Shown here one piece after another: positions 58,210-64,000 of a stretch of DNA of 64,000 nucleotides. Location: the NCBI GenBank assembly GCA_943350045.1, contig CALQZW010000001.1, positions 9,760 to 73,759 on the forward strand, in the 5' to 3' direction. The position numbers and the translations under genes were made by a program. Each line of letters starts with the position of its first letter. Within the stretch, counting starts at the first letter, position 1. Origin of the DNA: Candidatus Nomurabacteria bacterium (GTDB lineage Bacteria; Patescibacteriota; Minisyncoccia; Phycocordibacterales; UBA9973). The notes beneath the pieces are model-generated. The model did not search any database. It was not told the origin of the DNA and worked only from the letters and a program-made list of their open reading frames with translations.

Positions 58210-59199
58210 TTATTTTTTAGCGTTTCGTTTCAGTTCAATTTCGACAATAACTTGTTCTGAAATTTTTTGATAACCGGGGAGATCTATTTCAGGATAGATA
58301 CTACCTTGAATCATTTCATTTATTCTTTCCCAGAATATGTAGCTTGATCCTTGGGACTTATCAATCGCTTCAAAAAGTGCAGGATAGCTTACCCATAGAT
58401 ATGGATTGTGAATGTCTACTGTGCGATGGCACAATCGTACACCCATAGCAGTAAGTGACATCTGCAATCTATCGGGTGTAAATGCACCGTTGCGTGGATT
58501 AATATCTGCCTCTGTAAACTTTCTATAGTCCTCAAGGGTAAAACTTGCTGGAAATTCGTGCCCAATTATACGATGAGAAAGTTGAAACGTTTTGTCATGC
58601 TGAGTCGCAACACAGTTGGATCGGTAGCAATTTGAAAACGGCTCTTCAGATAGATTGTACAAGTTTTTAATATGAATGCTTGGGTCTGAGATGTTTTTGC
58701 TAACTCGTGCATAGAGATCTCTGTCAGTGGACATCATGAGGGATAAGTCTCGCACTATCCTTTCATTGGCGAATGTATTATTTGAGCCGACTAAGCCCAG
58801 GTAATCAAGTTGACTGCCTTTCCAATACTTTAGAATTTCTTCAAGGTTTTGTATGCTCGGTGAGATATCAATAGATTTAGATGGAAAACCTACTAAAATT
58901 TCTCGGTGTCCTCTTTCTTCAATTTGAAGTAATTTTGAGATAAGCTGAGAACTATCTCCTAAACTAATTCCAATATGACTATATGGAATTAGTTGGAACG
59001 TGTCGATAAGTTGCATTATGTCCATGTTCATGGACATAAATAGTACTTCCATTTGTGTGCCTTCATAGAGTTTTTGTAGTTGAAGAAAAGCCGGAAGTAT
59101 TTGATCACCGTATGATCCAGTATTTTTATTCCTAATTGGGCAATGAGGACAGCCCATTTCGCAGCCACTTTCTTGTAGCATGATTTCAATGTGTATCAT
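58210..59199 (-). CDS. Hypothetical protein with N-terminal radical-SAM-like CxxxCxxC
   Basis: GCEMGCPHC at residues 11-19; remainder unrecognised. Confidence 0.55.
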   Translation of the reverse strand: MIHIEIMLQESGCEMGCPHCPIRNKNTGSYGDQILPAFLQLQKLYEGTQMEVLFMSMNMDIMQLIDTFQLIPYSHIGISLGDSSQLISKLLQIEERGHREILVGFPSKSIDISPSIQNLEEILKYWKGSQLDYLGLVGSNNTFANERIVRDLSLMMSTDRDLYARVSKNISDPSIHIKNLYNLSEEPFSNCYRSNCVATQHDKTFQLSHRIIGHEFPASFTLEDYRKFTEADINPRNGAFTPDRLQMSLTAMGVRLCHRTVDIHNPYLWVSYPALFEAIDKSQGSSYIFWERINEMIQGSIYPEIDLPGYQKISEQVIVEIELKRNAKK

Positions 59200-59304
59200 T
59201 TTTACTGATTTTTAAGGGTGAAAATTTGTGCAAATAGTATAATTAAAATGTAATTATGTCAATAACTTGAGAAATTCTGTAAATATGGTATAGTGCTTTT
59301 ACCA

Positions 59305-60060
59305 ATGAAACAAGACAAAATCTACATCTACGGAAAGCACGCAGTTACTGAGGCGCTTCGCAATAATCCAAAATGTTTGGATCGTATTTTCAGCGTTTCG
59401 AACCTCGAAGGCGAGCTCTCAGCGCTTGCAAAAGCAGCGAACATTCGCACCGATCGCATGAGTGGCCAAGGGCTTCCAAGTGGTATTGAAAAGAATGCAA
59501 CGCATCAGGGTATTATCGGCCGTGTTGTTTTGAACTCACTTGTTCAGCCATACAAGGACTTTATCGAAACACTTTCAATTACTCCTGCAACATCAGTTGT
59601 TATTCTTGGAGAACTTCAGGATCCTCACAACGTTGGAGCTGTTATTCGCTCTGCGGCTGCCTTTGGTGTATCTGCCGTCCTTATCCCTGAACACAAGCAG
59701 GCTCCAGTTACTGGTGCAGTGGTAAAAGTCTCTGCTGGAATGGCCTTTCACGTACCGCTCGTGCAGATTGGAAATGTGAACACAACTATTGAAGATTTGA
59801 AAAAGCGTGGATTTTGGATTTACGGTCTCGATGGAAACGCAAAGCAATCTGTTGTTGATGAAAAGTTTGAAGGTCCAACAGCTATCGTTCTTGGTAACGA
59901 AGCAGAAGGAATTCGCTTGAAGACTCTCGAAGCCTGTGATATCCCACTTTCAATTCCGATGGCTCCTGGATGTGAATCTCTCAACGTAGCAGCTTCTGCT
60001 GCAGTTGCGCTCTATGCATGGAGTGCTCGCCATCCTGAGGCTCTCAAGGGGAAAGAATAG
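59305..60060 (+). CDS. rlmB: 23S rRNA Gm2251 methyltransferase (TrmH/SpoU family)
   Basis: IYGKHAV, HQG, QDPHNVGAVIRSA, GNEAEGI, ESLNVA. Confidence 0.9.
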   Translation: MKQDKIYIYGKHAVTEALRNNPKCLDRIFSVSNLEGELSALAKAANIRTDRMSGQGLPSGIEKNATHQGIIGRVVLNSLVQPYKDFIETLSITPATSVVILGELQDPHNVGAVIRSAAAFGVSAVLIPEHKQAPVTGAVVKVSAGMAFHVPLVQIGNVNTTIEDLKKRGFWIYGLDGNAKQSVVDEKFEGPTAIVLGNEAEGIRLKTLEACDIPLSIPMAPGCESLNVAASAAVALYAWSARHPEALKGKE

Positions 60061-60081
60061 GTGATATACTGGTAGGCGTAT

Positions 60082-60861
60082 ATGCTCACCATTTTTCAAG
60101 TAATACTATTGGGGCTCGTTGAAGGACTCACCGAGTTTCTTCCTGTATCTTCGACGGGGCATCTGATTGTCGCCTCGGCTCTTCTGCAAATTCCTGAAAG
60201 TGAGTTTCTTAAGACGTTTACTATTTTTATACAAATCGGAGCTATTGTTGCAGTGCTCTCTGTCTACTGGAAAAAGCTTCTCACGAGCCGTGCAATTTTT
60301 TTGCGCGTCTGTGCGGCATTTATTCCAACGGCAGTAATCGGCTACGTCGTGTACTCATTTGCAAAGGAATATTTGCTCGACAATGTCGTTGTTGTTATCT
60401 GGGCGCTACTGCTTGGAGGAATTGCACTCATTGTGTTTGAGAAATACCATGCAAAGCGGGAAGTGGTAGACACACCAGCTACAGAGGCGATTTCTCTCAA
60501 ACAAGCAGTTGCTATTGGATTTTTTCAAACGCTCGCAATAGTTCCCGGAGTCTCACGCTCCGCGGCGACAATCATCGGAGGTCTCTCTCTAGGAATTTCT
60601 CGCGTAACTATTGTGGAGTTTTCATTTTTGCTTGCCGTTCCAACACTTGTTGCGGCAGCTGGACTGGATTTAATAAAAGGGGGACTCTCGTTTAGTGGAG
60701 AGCAGGTTGGATTGCTCGCAATCGGCTCGGCGGTGGCCTTCGTTTCGGCTCTGCTCGCAGTGCGATTTCTTTTACAGTATATTCGCACGCATTCATTCGT
60801 GGCGTTTGGAATCTATCGCATAGTTTTTGCACTTGTTGTTGCAGGAATTTTGGTATACTAA
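60082..60861 (+). CDS. uppP: Undecaprenyl-diphosphate phosphatase
   Basis: EGLTEFLPVSSTGH, PGVSRS, EFSFLLAVP. Confidence 0.97.
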   Translation: MLTIFQVILLGLVEGLTEFLPVSSTGHLIVASALLQIPESEFLKTFTIFIQIGAIVAVLSVYWKKLLTSRAIFLRVCAAFIPTAVIGYVVYSFAKEYLLDNVVVVIWALLLGGIALIVFEKYHAKREVVDTPATEAISLKQAVAIGFFQTLAIVPGVSRSAATIIGGLSLGISRVTIVEFSFLLAVPTLVAAAGLDLIKGGLSFSGEQVGLLAIGSAVAFVSALLAVRFLLQYIRTHSFVAFGIYRIVFALVVAGILVY

Positions 60862-60894
60862 ATGGGTAGCGTTTATAAATAACAAATCTTATAT

Positions 60895-60963
60895 ATGGCA
60901 AAAGGCGTATCACACAAGAAAGAGGCAAAGAAACCAAAGAAGGCGAAAGCTGACAAGAAGTAA
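60895..60963 (+). CDS. Putative 22-aa Lys-rich peptide
   Basis: MAKGVSHKKEAKKPKKAKADKK; TGGTATACT upstream and terminator downstream. Confidence 0.55.
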   Translation: MAKGVSHKKEAKKPKKAKADKK

Positions 60964-60970
60964 ATTGCCC

Positions 60971-61010
60971 AACAAAAAATCCCGCATCGTAAGATGCGGG
61001 ATTTTTTGTT
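60971..61010. terminator. Bidirectional terminator
   Basis: AACAAAAAATCCCGCATC-GTAA-GATGCGGGATTTTTTGTT. Confidence 0.85.
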
Positions 61011-61022
61011 GTATAGCGGGTA

Positions 61023-61217
61023 TTACGCGCGCTGTACGTTTACTGCGTTTGGTCCTTTTTCAGACTGCTCACTCTCGAAAGAGACAGCGTCACCTTCGCG
61101 GAGTTCGTCAAACATGACTCCTACGAGGTTCTTACTGTGGAAGAAAAGATCTTTCTGTCCGTCTACAGCGATGAAACCGAATCCCTTGTCAGTAAGCTTT
61201 TTGATTGTTCCTGTCAT
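61023..61217 (-). CDS. csp: Cold-shock protein
   Basis: MTGTIKKLTDKGFGFI...DLFFHS...KGPNAVNV. Confidence 0.95.
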   Translation of the reverse strand: MTGTIKKLTDKGFGFIAVDGQKDLFFHSKNLVGVMFDELREGDAVSFESEQSEKGPNAVNVQRA

Positions 61218-61383
61218 AGATTTTTGGGTTGTTGTGGTAAATACAAATGCAAGTCTGCTCTTCAAATCGACTCCTTTCGAACCTGTAACTTCTTTGCCCC
61301 ATAAGTATACCATGGCGACATTTTAATGTCAAGCAATATATTTAAGAACTTGTCAAAAGGGGATATATAGATACAATAGAGGT

Positions 61384-61926
61384 ATGAATGAAGATGATGT
61401 TGTATTTGAAGCCACAGAAGAAGGCGAGGGCGAAGCATTGTCAAAGGACAAGATAAAGAAGCTTCGTGAAGACTTAAAAACAGCACAGGCTGAAAAGGCC
61501 GACTACTTGGCTTCTTGGCAAAAGGAGCGCGCTGACTTTATTAACTACAAAAAAGGCGAAGACGAGCGCCGAAAGCAGATCGGAGAATATGCGCGCGAAT
61601 CTTTTCTTGAAGACCTCCTTCCAGTACTCGATGGCTTTGATATGGCCTTTGGAAATACTGAAGCATGGGAGAAAGTAGATAAAGGATGGCGTAGTGGTAT
61701 TGAATATATTCACCAGCAGTTTGTGAAAGTCCTCGAGGAGAATGGTATTTCTCAGATAGCTCCAAATCTTGGAGATACAGTTGATGTTTCTATGCATGAA
61801 GTTATGGATACGATGCCAACTGATGACGAAGTAAAAGAAGATACAGTTTCTGCCGTCATGCAAAAAGGGTATAAGGTAAAAGATCGAGTAGTGCGACCAG
61901 CACGCGTGAAGGCGTGGAAGAAATAA
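61384..61926 (+). CDS. grpE: Nucleotide exchange factor GrpE
   Basis: RADFINYKK, LLPVLD, QKGY..KDRVVRPARV. Confidence 0.95.
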   Translation: MNEDDVVFEATEEGEGEALSKDKIKKLREDLKTAQAEKADYLASWQKERADFINYKKGEDERRKQIGEYARESFLEDLLPVLDGFDMAFGNTEAWEKVDKGWRSGIEYIHQQFVKVLEENGISQIAPNLGDTVDVSMHEVMDTMPTDDEVKEDTVSAVMQKGYKVKDRVVRPARVKAWKK

Positions 61927-62951
61927 TGTCTTTTTCTATTCGCGAATTACACAATGACGAGGACTACAATCCAAGTATTCTTTCAATGGAAACTCCGTTT
62001 ACTCAGGCTCGTTTTTACGGAGCCTGGCAAAAGAGTTTAGGACGAAAAGTGAGACGATTTGTGATAACAGAAGATACTTCTGTTATTTCATATTTTCAAG
62101 TAGTAAAATATCCACTCGCCTTTGGTCTGTACTATCTTTACGCTCCCTATGGTCCAGTCGTCTCAAAATATTCTGAGGCATTTTTTCAATACCTTCGCAC
62201 TGAGTTTCAGAAAATAGCAAAAGAGGAGAATGCTGTGTTTGTGCGTCTCGACTTTACACCTGTTATTTTAAATGAGTCGCTCAGTAGTTTTTTTACAAAG
62301 GCTCCGTCGTATACATATCACTCAGCATATTTTCAGCCACGTAATGAGTGGCACCTACCGCTTGAGAAATCAGAGAAAGATTTACTCATGGGCATGCACG
62401 AAAAGACACGATACTCAGTTCGGCTAGCAGAGAAAAAAGGAATCTCTGTTGAGATTGTAACTGAGAACTTTTCTGAACACTTCGAAAGTTTCCATACACT
62501 TTTAGTTGGCACTGCTCATCGAAACGGATTTCGTTTGCATGCGAAAGAGTATTACAAGACAATCTTTGATACATTGTCTTCTGATGCTTCGTACGTAGTG
62601 GTCGCACGATATGGTAAAAAAATTCTCGCCATGGACCTTATCGTCGTATTTGGTTCAATCGCCACCTACGTGTTCGGAGGATCAAGTAACGAGGAGCGAA
62701 ATCGCATGCCCACATACTCTGCGCATTGGAGAGGTATTTGTCATGCAAAAATGCTGGGTTGTAAGTACTATAACTTCGGAGGAATTTCGACTGAGGGTGA
62801 TGTGTATAAAGGATGGGACGGCCTTACAACGTTTAAAATGAAGTTTGGAGGAAATGAAGTTGCGCATTCTGAATTTTTTGACGTTGTCGAAAAACCTCTC
62901 TTGTATACGTTGTACAATCTCCGAAAACGCTTCAAAAAAATCTTTAGCTAG
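61926..62951 (+). CDS. FemAB/FemX family peptidoglycan interpeptide-bridge transferase
   Basis: YLYAPYGP, MHEKTRYSVRLAEKKG, YVFGGS, YNFGGI, FKMKFGG. Confidence 0.9.
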   Translation: MSFSIRELHNDEDYNPSILSMETPFTQARFYGAWQKSLGRKVRRFVITEDTSVISYFQVVKYPLAFGLYYLYAPYGPVVSKYSEAFFQYLRTEFQKIAKEENAVFVRLDFTPVILNESLSSFFTKAPSYTYHSAYFQPRNEWHLPLEKSEKDLLMGMHEKTRYSVRLAEKKGISVEIVTENFSEHFESFHTLLVGTAHRNGFRLHAKEYYKTIFDTLSSDASYVVVARYGKKILAMDLIVVFGSIATYVFGGSSNEERNRMPTYSAHWRGICHAKMLGCKYYNFGGISTEGDVYKGWDGLTTFKMKFGGNEVAHSEFFDVVEKPLLYTLYNLRKRFKKIFS

Positions 62952-63496
62952 GAATTGGTAGAGTAACAGCGCTTGAACTCCTGTTCTGTTTCTACGTCGA
63001 GCTGGTCTGTGACGATTATCATAAGCTCGCAGGTGAGTCCGAAGTCTGTTTTAATATTTTGAAAAAGAAACTCAAACGGAAAAGGGGAGATCCATGCCGA
63101 GTTTTTTAGAAGTACGAAGCCGGCTTTCTTGAGCAAGTAGCGGAGCGCTTCGCGTTCCGCTTTTCGTGTCTCCGGCAGGTCAAGCAACACTATACGCCAC
63201 TTTCCATCCCACGCAGTGCTTGCGAGAGAGTTTTTGCTATCGAGCTTCAGACTTGCGAGTTTTTGTTTTCCGCGGCGGGTGAGGCGAGCATACTGACTCT
63301 GCTCTGTATCTATTGTTTCAATAAAGCCGGTCTCGGCGAGATTTTTAATACTGCGAGTGACTGCATATGCGCCAGTTTTCTGCTCAGTACTGGGGATATC
63401 TGAGACAACTTCGTCTTTGAGGTCGACAAGCTTTACTGCCTGCTTCCCAGAGAGGGTATTGAGGATTTTCCTTGAAAAATCTGCCTTTTTTGCCAT
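62948..63496 (-). CDS. PaaX-like wHTH + Cas2-like-fold protein
   Basis: RLTRRGK; WDGKWRIVLLDLPE..R.ALR..LKKAGF.LLKNSAW. Confidence 0.75.
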   Translation of the reverse strand: MAKKADFSRKILNTLSGKQAVKLVDLKDEVVSDIPSTEQKTGAYAVTRSIKNLAETGFIETIDTEQSQYARLTRRGKQKLASLKLDSKNSLASTAWDGKWRIVLLDLPETRKAEREALRYLLKKAGFVLLKNSAWISPFPFEFLFQNIKTDFGLTCELMIIVTDQLDVETEQEFKRCYSTNS

Positions 63497-63584
63497 GCCG
63501 GCATTATAACACAAGCTAGTTTCCTTTTCAACATACTTTCAGCGACCGCAAAATACTTGTCAAAAATATACGACGGGTATATAA

Positions 63585-64000
<416 letters not shown>

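Noticed and set aside
62948-63496. Cas2 gene indicating a CRISPR-Cas system
   Set aside because: It is a wHTH-fused PaaX-like protein with no array or cas1 nearby.

Overview
64-kb window from a small-genome Patescibacteria (CPR, Parcubacteria-like) chromosome. The assignment is inferred from the short IF2, short Rel, tandem VirB2-like pilins, PaaX/Cas2-like and HTH-LAGLIDADG-like genes, and SD-less starts. It uses genetic code 11 (TGA stops, tRNA-Trp(CCA)). Core genes include fmt-def-hisS-lepB, pth, rpsA, gyrA, rbfA-infB, iscS, clpB, alr, rpmG, radC, miaA, parB, rel, topA-dprA, serS, dus, dnaX, rlmB, uppP, csp, grpE and dnaK. There are 9 tRNAs, with ORFan-rich accessory patches at ~2-12 kb, 27.7-30.8 kb and 54.4-59.2 kb. 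The most notable signals are non-coding. (1) An integrase-less array of cargo genes off the 3' end of tRNA-Asn is punctuated by three copies of a palindromic att-like 20-mer. (2) A type III hammerhead-ribozyme fold with a non-canonical GCA triplet overlaps the start of an ORFan that carries an RNA-polymerase alpha-CTD-like domain. (3) Tiny promoter-and-hairpin-defined RNA units of shared architecture lie beside tRNA genes. (4) Two expression grammars coexist: near-leaderless core genes versus ORFans with a shared TTCAYT..TAAA leader. All calls are by eye and no database search was run.
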